From Paraspadella gotoi (lineage: Eukaryota > Animalia > Chaetognatha), in NCBI GenBank assembly GCA_051294375.1, contig JBJCIZ010000225.1, positions 1-15,282 on the forward strand: 15,282 bases of DNA, given 5' to 3'. The position numbers and the translations under genes are program-made. Of this stretch, positions 1 to 9,530 are shown piece by piece. The notes under the pieces were generated by a model that saw nothing but the letters and a program-made list of their open reading frames with translations, ran no database searches and was not told the DNA's origin. Each line of letters begins with the position of its first letter. Within the stretch, counting starts at the first letter, position 1.

Positions 1-1093
1 TAAATAAATGTATGAACGTATTAATTTGTTAGAGTAAAGGGCAGAGGGACCACGGCTCTAATAATATAATATAGAATTAGAAAACTACCAGGTCAAGCAA
101 CAGATCATACACCTAGATCATTGCATGCAAATGATGGATGCAAATAATACAAGATAAGGAGGACAGCTACCATACAAAAAGACTAACTACAGAATGCTAA
201 GAAAATCAAAAGAGAAACGGGCCTTACCCAATACTAAACCATACTTAAGAGTGCCAAGTCCATGAACATAAAATATAACACAAAAACAGCTACTTCAGTT
301 GCATATGGCATAAGGACACAGGATATCACATCGTGCCGACCTGATCCGATTCTTAACATTCGAAATAGCATTCCACAGGTACTATATAATCAAATAGTAC
401 ACCCTTAAAAATAAAAATAGCGTGACATAGTGAATAACAATGTAATTGCAAATTTTCTATTAGTCTCCTATGTTATAATACCCCCGATTAACAAACACAC
501 TCACTACATAACTATTTTATGTGGTCCCTCACAACTCGCCGCCAATATACAAGATTACCACTCGCATTGATTGGATAACAAGTTTCCAATAGACCAATTC
601 TAAACTCGATGCGTTCAACATTGATCAGGCCGTCTCCTCGATCCACACTGCAGCCATCGTGGCAAGTCCCATCTTCATTTTTAATACACCCAAGTAATTA
701 CCCAATAAATACGTTGTTTTTGAAACTTCCCACATCTGCCACTCTAATTTGCATAACCCGAATAGTCGCTGTGTCTGATTAATCTTATTGCGCTGCAACA
801 TGAACACGACAAAGGTATTTTCACAAAGTCTTTCACCGCCATCATTCAACATGCTACATACCGATCTAGCGTAGAGATCTCTGCTCTCATCTTGAATATA
901 AGGCAGGATCTTAGAGTAACAACCTAATTGTATTTCTTAACCTTAACCTAGCCCCCTGGTCATTGTTATTTTATTCTCGCGCGCATTTTGCCTTCGATGT
1001 TATACTGAAATAAACTCTCGTTCATTTTACTTTGGTATCGAATTCTTTTCACTAAAAATTCCGTCCTCCACTGAAGTGTGCGATCATAGTAAG

Positions 1094-1370
1094 TTAAAAA
1101 TTTAAGATATGGCTTCTCATCTTAAAATAGCTTTGATATTTTCTTATTACATTTGGATTTAAGTATTTTTTGTTGAATTTCAACTTCATTATGATTTACT
1201 GCAATACTACAAATGAGATTATAGTACTCATTATAATATCCAAATTAGTATATTAAAATGCTTTTAATCTAATTTACATATTGCAGTATATAATATTGAA
1301 GATGAAATTCTATAATAAAACATGGGAAATCAAAAAGACTTTTTAATGAGAAGCTATATCTTAATTTTAA
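1094..1370. mobile_element. Degenerate fold-back/MITE-like palindromic element
   Basis: The left end TTAAAAATTTAAGATATGGCTTCTCAT is the approximate reverse complement of the right end ATGAGAAGCTATATCTTAATTTTAA. Inner matches GAATTTCAACTTCA/TGAAGATGAAATTC, TACTGCAATA/TATTGCAGTA and CATTATAATAT/ATATTAAAATG converge on a centre near 1243. No ORF. Confidence 0.7.
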
Positions 1371-1434
1371 TACAAATATGTAGTCGGTCATTGCCTAGGT
1401 TCACCCCGCCTAGAATCATGACACTTTCAGTTGT

Positions 1435-1507
1435 GACCCGGTGGCTCATTGAGTAAAGCCATCAGCTCATGACCACTAGGTACCGGATTCAATCCCAACC
1501 CGGTACC
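1435..1507 (+). promoter_or_regulatory. tRNA-derived Pol III cassette (A/B boxes) in the 5' LTR
   Basis: A-box-like TGGCTCATTGAG at 1442-1453, anticodon-loop-like CTCATGA at 1466-1472, B-box-like GATTCAATCC at 1486-1495, with tRNA-like spacing. Cloverleaf stems are imperfect, so this is not a functional tRNA. Confidence 0.65.
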
Positions 1508-1841
1508 TACCCTGCGGGAAGCGTGAGGATGGCCGTAAGCCACCTTGGGGGCATGGCAAACCCTCAAGCCTGGTTCCAAGCCCAGGGACCCGTTCCATGG
1601 CTGCTAGAGGGGGTTATAGAAGTTACGGACAGTCATCTTCAGCCCATGTAGCGCCTTATCCACACTGGTGAGCCCATCCTGTCGAGCGTATTCCAACCTT
1701 CTGATTCCAGGCCCTTGGTCTCGCTGAAGATTGCTCCCCTCCCTCCACTGGAAGCAGTGCAGGGTGGGTTACAATCTGGGGGGCATGTATTCGGTCATTG
1801 CCTAGGTTCACCCCGCCTAGAATCATGAAACTTTAAGTTGT

Positions 1842-1914
1842 GACCCGGTGGCTCATTGAGTAAAGCCATCAGCTCATGACCACTAGTTACCGGGTTCAAT
1901 CCCAACCCGGTACC
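1842..1914 (+). promoter_or_regulatory. tRNA-derived Pol III cassette (A/B boxes) in the 3' LTR
   Basis: Same cassette as in LTR1, with a consensus B box GGTTCAATCC at 1893-1902. Confidence 0.7.
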
Positions 1915-2371
1915 TACCGTGAGGATGGCCGTTAGCCGCCTTGAGGGCATGGCAAACCCTCAAGCCTGGTTCCAAGCCCAGGGACCCGTTCCATGGCTGC
2001 TAGAGGGGGTTATAGAAGTTACGGACAGGCATCTTCAGCCCACGTAGCTCTTCCAACTTGGCTAGCATCTTAGAGGGTTTTTGATTATCGGCGTCGATGG
2101 CGTCGAGTAGATATAGCGCCTTGCTGCCGCCTGAAAAGAAACCGTATTCCTGCGGTAATATTGTAAAAATTCGTTCCACGTTTGCTCAGTGGTTTAACCA
2201 AACAAATACTGGTTTATTAAATTAAATCTTTTACAAGCTATGATTAGAAAAAATTGTAACAATTTCCAATTGTAAACAATTGTAACATTTTTTTTCCTTT
2301 CTTTTATTTCTTTAAATTATTTTATATTTATCTTTCTATTTTTGTCAGTTGCTGCCTCTTCTGAACCCTTT

Positions 2372-4854
2372 ACACGGTTCTTTTTATAGGAGGAAAAAGA
2401 AAATGGAAATATACCATCTCTGGAATGATAAAAACCTGAAAGGTTGCTGTCTGGACAAGAGCTTAGGCTAAGTCGAAAAATTTGTCCAAACTCAGTTTTT
2501 TTTTAAATTGTAGTTGAAGTTGGTAAGTTAATTTTTGAGAAAATTTGATAACTTTTGTACTAATTTTGCAAAATATAGACTCAATTCAAACATCTATATG
2601 TCAAACGATATCAGTAAACCGAGAGCTTTAATTTAAGACCACTCCCAACTTTCTCCGACTTTTGGTTAAAAAGTTATTAATCAAAATATATTATTTTTTC
2701 TTTAAAAAAGTAATGGAATGGTGAGTATTATTGAGAATATAATAAGACTTTATTCTAAAAAATTGAGGATACCAACGAGTTCATAAATAAAATTTTTCTT
2801 CAAGCTTAAATATAGGTACATCATCCCCCCAAAAATTTAAAAAAATATAAATTAAATTTTTAAATAATTTACCATAATGATTTTATATAATTTTATTTAA
2901 TATATATGGACTAGAAACTATAAGATGTGACCTTCATTTTGAGCCTATTGCCAACTCTTTATGNNNNNNNNNNNNNNNNNNNNNNNNNATAAATATTTAT
3001 TGAGATACTACCAAAGAAAGCCCAAAAATCTTTAAAAAACGTAATTTTTAATTTATTTAAGTCATATCTCAGTGAATATATAACTTATTTAAGTCAAATG
3101 ATTTTATTCAGCAGATTAAAATGTAAGGCACATATTAAATACCATTAGTTGTATTATTTTATCATAATTTAATCAGGACACTTAATTTTCAGACAATTTT
3201 TACCAAATTTACATATACTTTTGGTTTTTACAGCAACAAAGTACTAAACAGGTAAATAAAAATTGATGATAAAATCTGTAAGCCAAAAGACCTTAGAATG
3301 TATTATATAGATTTAAAAATTTTTCTCATAAAGATTTAATGATATAAGGACAAAAAAAAATTTAAAAAATTATATATATAAATTAAAGATTGAAGAAAAA
3401 TAATGTTATTACAGTTAGTTTTTTATGATTATTTATAGTGCTTGTAGTAGTAGTCGTGTAGTAGGGTCTCATGGTTGAGGTTTTTTTGTGTTTGGTTGGG
3501 AATAATTTTTTTGTCATTATAATTGTTGTGGTCAATATTGTTATCATGGTTGTTATTATAATTATTAATATAGTGTAAATAGATATCATATAGTAGTCAT
3601 AGTAGGTAGTTGTAGCTATTATATCTGTAATAGTACTGAGAATTATGGTATGAAGTTTATGATTGTTTAGAGTGTAGGAAATATATTTTATATAATATAA
3701 ATTTTTTTTTAAATTTACTTACTCTTTTAAGTAACTAAAACTTTTAATAATTAGTGGTTTAAGAATATGGCTATCTTTTTATAATATAGAATCATGATAA
3801 ATAATAAAAAACTAACTGTAATATCATTATTTTTCTTCAATCTTTAATTTATATATATAATTTTTTAAATTTTTTTTATTGTCATTATATCATTAAATCT
3901 TTATGAGAAAAATTTTTAAACCTATATAATACATTCTAAGGTCTTTTGGCTTGCAGATTTTATCATCAATTTTTATTTACCTGTTTTAGTACTTTGTTGC
4001 TGTAAAAATCAAAAGTATATGTAAATTTGGTAAAAATGGCTGAAAATTAAGTGTCCTGATTAACTTATGATAAAATATACAACTAATGTATTTAATATGT
4101 GCCTTACACTTTAATCTGCTGAATAAAATCATTTGACTTAAAATAAGTTATATATGCACTGAGATATGACTTAAATAAATTAAAAATTACATTTTTTAAA
4201 GATTTTTGGGGCTTTTTTGGTAGTACCTCAATAAATATTTATCGTAAAGAGTTGGCAATAGGCTCAAAATGAAGGTCACATCCTATAGTTTCTAGTCCAT
4301 GTATATTAAGTTAAATTATATAAAATCATTATGGTAAATTATTTAAAAATTTAATTTATATTTTTTTAAAATTTTGGGGGATGATGTACCTATATTTAAG
4401 CTTGAAGAAAAATTTTATTTATGAATTAATTGAAAGAAGACTGTCTTAGAACTTGTTGGTATCCTCAATTTTTTAGATTAAAGTCTTATTATATTCTCAA
4501 TAATACTCACCATTTCATTACTTTTTAAAGAAAAATAATATATATTTGATTAATAACTTTTTCACCAAAAGTCGGAGAAAGTTGGGAGTGGTCTTAAATT
4601 AAAGCTCTCGGTTTACTGATATCGTTTGACATATAGATGTTTAAATTGAGTCTATATTTTGCAAAATTAGTACAAAAGTTATCAAATTTTCTCAAAAATT
4701 AACTTACCAACTTCACTGCAATTTAAAAAAAACTGAGTTTGGACAAATTTTTCGACTTAGCCTAAGCTCTTGTCCAGACAGCAACCTTTCAGGTTTTTAT
4801 CATTCCAGAGATGGTATATTTCCCTTTTCTTTCCTCCTATAAAAAGAACCGTGT
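2372..4854. mobile_element. Large fold-back element: ~1.06 kb inverted arms around a ~360 bp spacer
   Basis: 2372-~3437 is the reverse complement of ~3795-4854 at high identity (e.g. GGTTGCTGTCTGGACAAGAGCTTAGGCTAAGTCG / CGACTTAGCCTAAGCTCTTGTCCAGACAGCAACC). The right arm has a 26-bp insertion at ~4426-4451. Weaker symmetry extends to ~2346/4893. No transposase or TSD seen. Confidence 0.9.
2964..2988. other. Assembly gap (25 N)
   Basis: Run of N inside the left fold-back arm. Confidence 1.
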
Positions 4855-5253
4855 TTAAAAACGAGTTCAGGCTCTGCAGTGATTGTACAACTGCCTTCCA
4901 GCGGCTGTCCAGCTTTTTCTCTTTCTCTCTCTCTCTCTGTCCTCTGTCTGTCTCTTTCTTTCTCTTACTGTCTCTCTGTCTTTGTCTCTCTCCCTCACTC
5001 TGTATGATCTCTTGCGTGTGATCCTTTTTTGAAAAATTTTGATTATTTTTTTCTTATTATTATTTTATTCTGTGCTTTTTCTCAATGCAAAAATCCCAAA
5101 TTTACATCCGAGATTTTCATGATTTATTCTCTTTCTTTGTCTCTCTCTTTCTTTCTTTCTTCTCTCTCTCTCTCTCTCTCTTTTTCTCTCTCTTTCATTC
5201 ATACACTCATTTCTTTGTTTTATTTATGATGAATGATTCATTGCGTCAATGAA
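4784..5253 (+). repeat. Direct repeat copy 1 (partner 14815-15282), includes CT-rich microsatellite tracts
   Basis: Matches 14815-15282 from ACCTTTCAGG to GCGTCAATGAA; visible differences are small indels in low-complexity runs. Confidence 0.95.
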
Positions 5254-5921
5254 TGACTATCATCGCATCAATGAATGACTATCATCGTATCAATGAATGA
5301 CTATCTGTTAGGGGGCGAATCCTGCGTACCCCTAACGGGTAGTGATGAGTGTGGGGTGACCAAAGGAAGGGTCACTAAAAGTCAGGGCGTGCAGAATGTC
5401 TCGTTCCAACCAGGGAATGATTGATCACGGGCGGCTGCGCATTGACAGTGCACCCTGGAATCTACACTGTAATAGATCAGAAGAGAAACACAATGATCAA
5501 GAACCACATAAACCTATCAGTAACCCAACACCTCTCCTATAATCATTAATAACTCATGATAGCTGGAAAGGAAAGACATTGAAATAACAAATATCAATCA
5601 ATGAATAATAAATGAATAGACACGTGGTGAAACGTTTTATTTGTTAATGAATTAATATTCAAATGAATAAAAGTCCAATGATGAATCTTCACGAAAGTTT
5701 CTTCCCGACATATCATCACATCAATGAATGACTATCATCGCATCAATCATTTGATTATTATCACTTCATTCATTTGGTTATCATCACATCGATCATTTGG
5801 TTATCAATCGCATCAAATATTGGTTATCATCGCATCAATATTTGATTATAATCGCATCAATCATTTGTTTATCATCGCATCAAATCCTTTGGTTATCGTC
5901 GCATCAATATTTGGTTATCAT
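5228..5921 (+). repeat. 22-23 bp minisatellite interrupted by a solo LTR
   Basis: Units AATGAATGACTATCATCGCATC (5248-5305, resuming at 5711) grade into AATCATTTGGTTATCATCGCATC up to ~5921. Confidence 0.9.
5306..5710. mobile_element. Solo LTR, 405 bp, with 4-bp TSD
   Basis: Begins TGTTAGGGGG and ends CTTCCCGACA (TG..CA, imperfect terminal inverted repeat). Flanked by TATC (5302-5305) and TATC (5711-5714); removing it restores the minisatellite unit. Confidence 0.85.
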
Positions 5922-5972
5922 TGAAGGGAGGCGAGATCCTATTCTTTAAGATTTTTTTTCTCACTGTTGCCT

Positions 5973-5974
5973 TC

Positions 5975-6010
<36 letters not shown>

Positions 6011-6058
6011 ATTTTCACTGTAGCCTTGCAACGTACTTTCTCTCTCTTTCTGCTCTCT

Positions 6059-6129
<71 letters not shown>

Positions 6130-6140
6130 TCTTTTTTTCT
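5973..6140. repeat. (CT)n microsatellite cluster
   Basis: Long interrupted CT dinucleotide runs. Confidence 0.95.
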
Positions 6141-6190
6141 GAAACTTTCAGTGAAAGGACATTCACTTAAAAAAACTGCGCACACATAAC

Positions 6191-6297
6191 TTTTTAGTCG
6201 GATCTGCTTTCAGCTTTCAGCTTTCAGCTTTCAGCAGATCCCGACTCTATAATTCACTTTGTCGGTCCGTCGGTCCGCCCCCTCAATCTTGTCGGGC
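6191..6297 (+). mobile_element. Probable 5' end of a DINE-1/HINE-like (Helentron-associated) element
   Basis: T-run, then hairpin AGTCGGATCTGC...GCAGATCCCGACT enclosing (TTTCAGC)4, then CTATAA and a GTCG/GTCC microsatellite. This order is typical of HINE 5' ends; the 3' end was not located. Confidence 0.55.
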
Positions 6298-7704
6298 ATT
6301 CACTTATATCATGTCACAGTTCAATATTATTATATTTCTTTTATTTTTTGAAACGTTATAGTTTTCATATGGGGATATCCAGAATATCAATGCAAAATCT
6401 TTTTTTTGTTTTTAAGATATGACTGAATATAGGGTGAAAGATGATAAATTTTTTTAAAAAGTTACTTATTCATATTTATTCATAGAATTGTCATAGAAAA
6501 AAATAAAAAAAATAATAGTACTAATAGTTAGTGTTTTGTCTCAAATAGATGGAAAAAAAACTCATTTAAAAATTCGATCGGGAAGTGGGTAACTAAGGCT
6601 TACCAATGGCATCCTCCACGCCGATTGGTTCTCTCAAATAATTTTTTTTATTTAATACATTTGAAAGGGAAAAAAAGAAATTTGGAATGCAGGTGCAGAA
6701 AGGGTACAGATAATCTGACTTATTGACATGATAACCATGACCTTTTATATCTTGTGAAATGGGGGCAGTAAAGAAATCTAAAAATTTCATCATTAAGTCA
6801 GTCATGAACCCTTTCCAATGGGTTATTACGAGAAATATTTTTTCTTAATTAAAATGGATGATAAATAATAGAATTAAATCCTTGCTATATTTAAAAAAAA
6901 AATTATCAATACAATTTAACACAATGATGTTTTGCTTTGTCAATATGTTACCAGCTTATATAATTTTTTACAACTTTATTATGATAAACAAGCAGTGTGT
7001 CAAGCTTTTAGTTTGCAGTTAAAGATATTGAAAAAATGACGATTTTTTTTTTCACAGACAAGAAGGTAGATGTCCAGACTGTTTATATCAAGCTGAAAAC
7101 ATTTTTGTATTTATCATTTTAATATTTAAAAATACATTTATCAAGCTACAACATAAATTTTTGATTGTTTTTTTACTTTAACTGAAAAATATAAGCAATT
7201 TTATGGAATAAAAAAAAATAATATAAACAAAATGTAATTCAGTCTTTCCTTTTTCAAATTACAAAAGAAAAAGAAAAAATTTCATATGCCTTCATTAAAA
7301 TTTTTAAAGCAAAAAACTGTTATACTTTTAACTCTGATTTAAACAAAAAGCTGTGTAAAGATTTATGGATTTAATTTAATAAAACTCTTTTAGAAAGGTA
7401 TCCCATAATTAGGGCTTTAATTTGATACCACATCCACCTTGCTACCTCTTTTCTTTCAAAGTTATTTAAAAAAATAATTTTTTTAAATTATGCAGTACAA
7501 ATCTTTGTTAAATAAAAATTTTCGGCAAAGCGGGAGTATCTCACTTATTTCTATTGGTACAATACTTAAATTTTTAAATAAACTTGAAGAAAATTTTTTT
7601 GTCATTTAGAGACATATCACTTTCAGATGTACCCATCGTATAATATTTATTTATTTATTTCCCCAAAAAAGCCTAATTAGAAAAGTTGAAATTTTTTCAA
7701 ATTG

Positions 7705-7897
7705 TTGGAAAAAAATTTTGTCCCGACCTATGCTCATTGAGAATAATGGTTTTGCATGAAAAATCAAAATATCAAAAATATAAAAAAATCAGCCTCTAGA
7801 AAAATCGAAAGGCTAGAGGCTGATTTTTTTAGAATTGCAAAATTTTTTTCCTGACTCATAATCCATTATTCTCAAGTTTCAAAATATTTTTTTCCAA
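7705..7897. repeat. Nested inverted repeat (old MITE/fold-back core)
   Basis: Perfect 19-bp stem TAAAAAAATCAGCCTCTAG (7781-7799) / 7813-7831 with a 13-nt loop. Outer pairs TTGAGAATAATGG (7737-7749) / 7863-7875 and TTGGAAAAAAAT (7705-7716) / 7886-7897. Confidence 0.7.
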
Positions 7898-8411
7898 ATC
7901 ATTTAATCAATTTTTTTTTATTAATTTAAAATGTTTTTATGATGTTGTTTTTGTTTGAAAGAATTGAAAAAAAGTGAAAAATATAGTATTTTGATGCTAG
8001 TGCGGAGTACAATAAGTATTCCCCGATCTAATACTTAAGGGAGTGGTCTTTTCATACAATTGAAACATTCTTTGAAATATTTTCCACTTCATTGATAGGG
8101 AAGCCAGGTACTCCGGGAGTGAATAAACGAGACTGTGAGAGAAGTCTTGATTGAAAGCTTGCAGGGACCCTGCTATGTCATTATTCTTGTAAGAGTGATG
8201 GAGCCTTAAACCAACCAAAGCCTGTCCAAAGTCAGGGGCAAGATAGCTTATTTATTAAATGAATGGATATTTATATTGGTTGTACCAATATTTCAATAGT
8301 AATTATATAAGGTTTTGAAAATACTTTTGTATTTTGACTTTCTTTTTTGCTATTTAGAATAGTTAGAGAAGAAACGAAAAATCGTTGTAATAGCAATTTT
8401 ATTTTTTATTA

Positions 8412-8458
8412 ATGTACATGTTTCGACTCTTAGTTTTGCGAGTCTTCATCAGCAAGTG
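8412..8458 (-). ncRNA. Minimal type I hammerhead ribozyme motif in the 3' pseudo-LTR
   Basis: Minus strand reads CTGATGA-A-GACTC-gcaaaactaa-GAGTC-GAA-ACATGT-A: intact core, 5-bp stem II, palindromic stem III ACATGT, GUA cleavage triplet. Stem I is weak (~2 bp). Confidence 0.7.
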
Positions 8459-9248
8459 AATTCAATAGAACCAAAATTTTTAAACATTAGTTTGAGAGAG
8501 AGAGGAAAGAGGAGAGAGAGAGAGTTTTCAACAAAGAATTGAGCAAGGATAGTGGTCAGATGTGAGGACAGGTGAAGTAGGGAAAGAGAGAGTAAATGAT
8601 TTTTGAAATTGGTGAAAAGAAAAAGAGAGAGAGAGAGAGAGAGAGAGACACAGGGATCAATACATTAGGCAATGTACAACAGTGAAAAATTTTTAGAAAA
8701 ACTAAATATTTAACAAACAAGTAATAATAAATTAATTGTTAGCTGATGATTGTTAGTAAGAGAAAATGAAATAGAAGAATAAGTGATGAGGGATAGATAA
8801 GTTAAAGATAAGTGAAATAGTTAAGGTAAGAAAAAGAGCTCAAAAATGAGCTGCCCCCCCCCCAGACCGGGCAAATGTGGACGTTAACGATGTAGTCGGG
8901 TCATTGGCCTGTCATAGGCTGAGATTGATATTGTGGTGGAATGGGACAAGGCTGGATCTGGTAATGATCCGGCTGGAAAATGCCTGATGCACTCGAATAT
9001 CTCTCTGACCTGATAGGCCTGCCGAAGGCCCTCCCTCACCTGACGGTGAGGTGGGCGATTTGCCTGTTCGGGCCTGTTTGGGGATCAGGTGATACAGGAC
9101 TCCTCTCCCTCCTCTTGTAGCTGTCGTTTTGGGCGACGCTCAGCCACGAGAAGAGTCGCGCCAGAGTTGCTGCAAGCTCGGTTGAGGCATCGACGTCCAT
9201 TGCCTGCTGAGAGGCCTCCGCCTGACCCGTTGAGTGAGGACAGGGGAA

Positions 9249-9394
9249 TCACCGTGCGGCTGACGGTGGCGTTGGGTGCTCCACCACAGTTTTGATAAGC
9301 GAATCATAGCATGGAGGAAGTTCGAATCGTCCTCCATCACGGTTCTCAAAGAGGGTTCGAGTGCCTTGATGTAAATTGCCTCTCTAATACCTCT
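9249..9394 (-). pseudogene. C-terminal fragment of a Penelope-type GIY-YIG endonuclease
   Basis: Manual translation gives RGIREAIYIKALEPSL / 2-nt frameshift at 9345-9346 / NRDGGRFELPPCYDSLI, matching the EAIYI...PSLNRDGG motif of Penelope-like element endonucleases. Confidence 0.85.
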
Positions 9395-9416
9395 TTGCTC
9401 AATTCTTTGTTGGAAA

Positions 9417-9447
<31 letters not shown>

Positions 9448-9482
9448 AAACTAATGTTTAAAAATTTTGGTCTATTGAATTC

Positions 9483-9530
9483 ACTTGCCTGATGAAGACT
9501 CGCAAAAACTAAGAGTCGAACATGTACATT
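9483..9530 (+). ncRNA. Second hammerhead motif in the inverted pseudo-LTR (one core A missing)
   Basis: CTGATGA (9489-9495)-A-GACTC-gcaaaaactaa-GAGTC-GAACATGTA; GAAA is reduced to GAA by mutation or sequencing error. Confidence 0.55.

Larger units (their letters stand above)
1379..2056 (+). mobile_element. TRIM (non-autonomous miniature LTR retrotransposon) with tRNA-like sequence in both LTRs
   Basis: Direct repeats 1379-1664 (TGTA...CCACA) and 1786-~2056 differ by about 10 substitutions and one 11-bp indel. PBS-like TGGTGAGCCC at 1666, one base after LTR1; G-tract GGGGGGCA directly before LTR2; 121-bp non-coding interior. The 3' end of LTR2 is eroded and no TSD is visible. Confidence 0.8.

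Noticed and set aside
1008-1045. AATAAA followed by TGGTATCG, like an LTR end with an initiator-Met PBS
   Set aside because: No CA terminus, the match is only 7 nt, and there is no partner LTR.
1435-1507. Functional tRNA-Met gene
   Set aside because: Anticodon, T and acceptor stems pair poorly, there is no oligo-T terminator, and it is embedded in a repeat.
1469-1651. 60-aa ORF in LTR1
   Set aside because: Lies in a non-coding LTR and is frameshifted by the 11-bp indel in LTR2.
5228-5921. CRISPR-like array
   Set aside because: Units are head-to-tail without unique spacers, the context is eukaryotic, and there are no cas genes.
4770-6166. ORFs rich in SL or ER dipeptides (also 14710-15265)
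   Set aside because: Translations of CT/GA microsatellites and the minisatellite, not genes.
7997-8218. 73-aa minus-strand ORF
   Set aside because: Short, non-ATG start, and no recognisable motif.
8891-8910. TGTAGTCGGGTCATTGGCCT resembles the TRIM LTR start
   Set aside because: Only ~18 nt with two gaps and no further similarity; likely chance.
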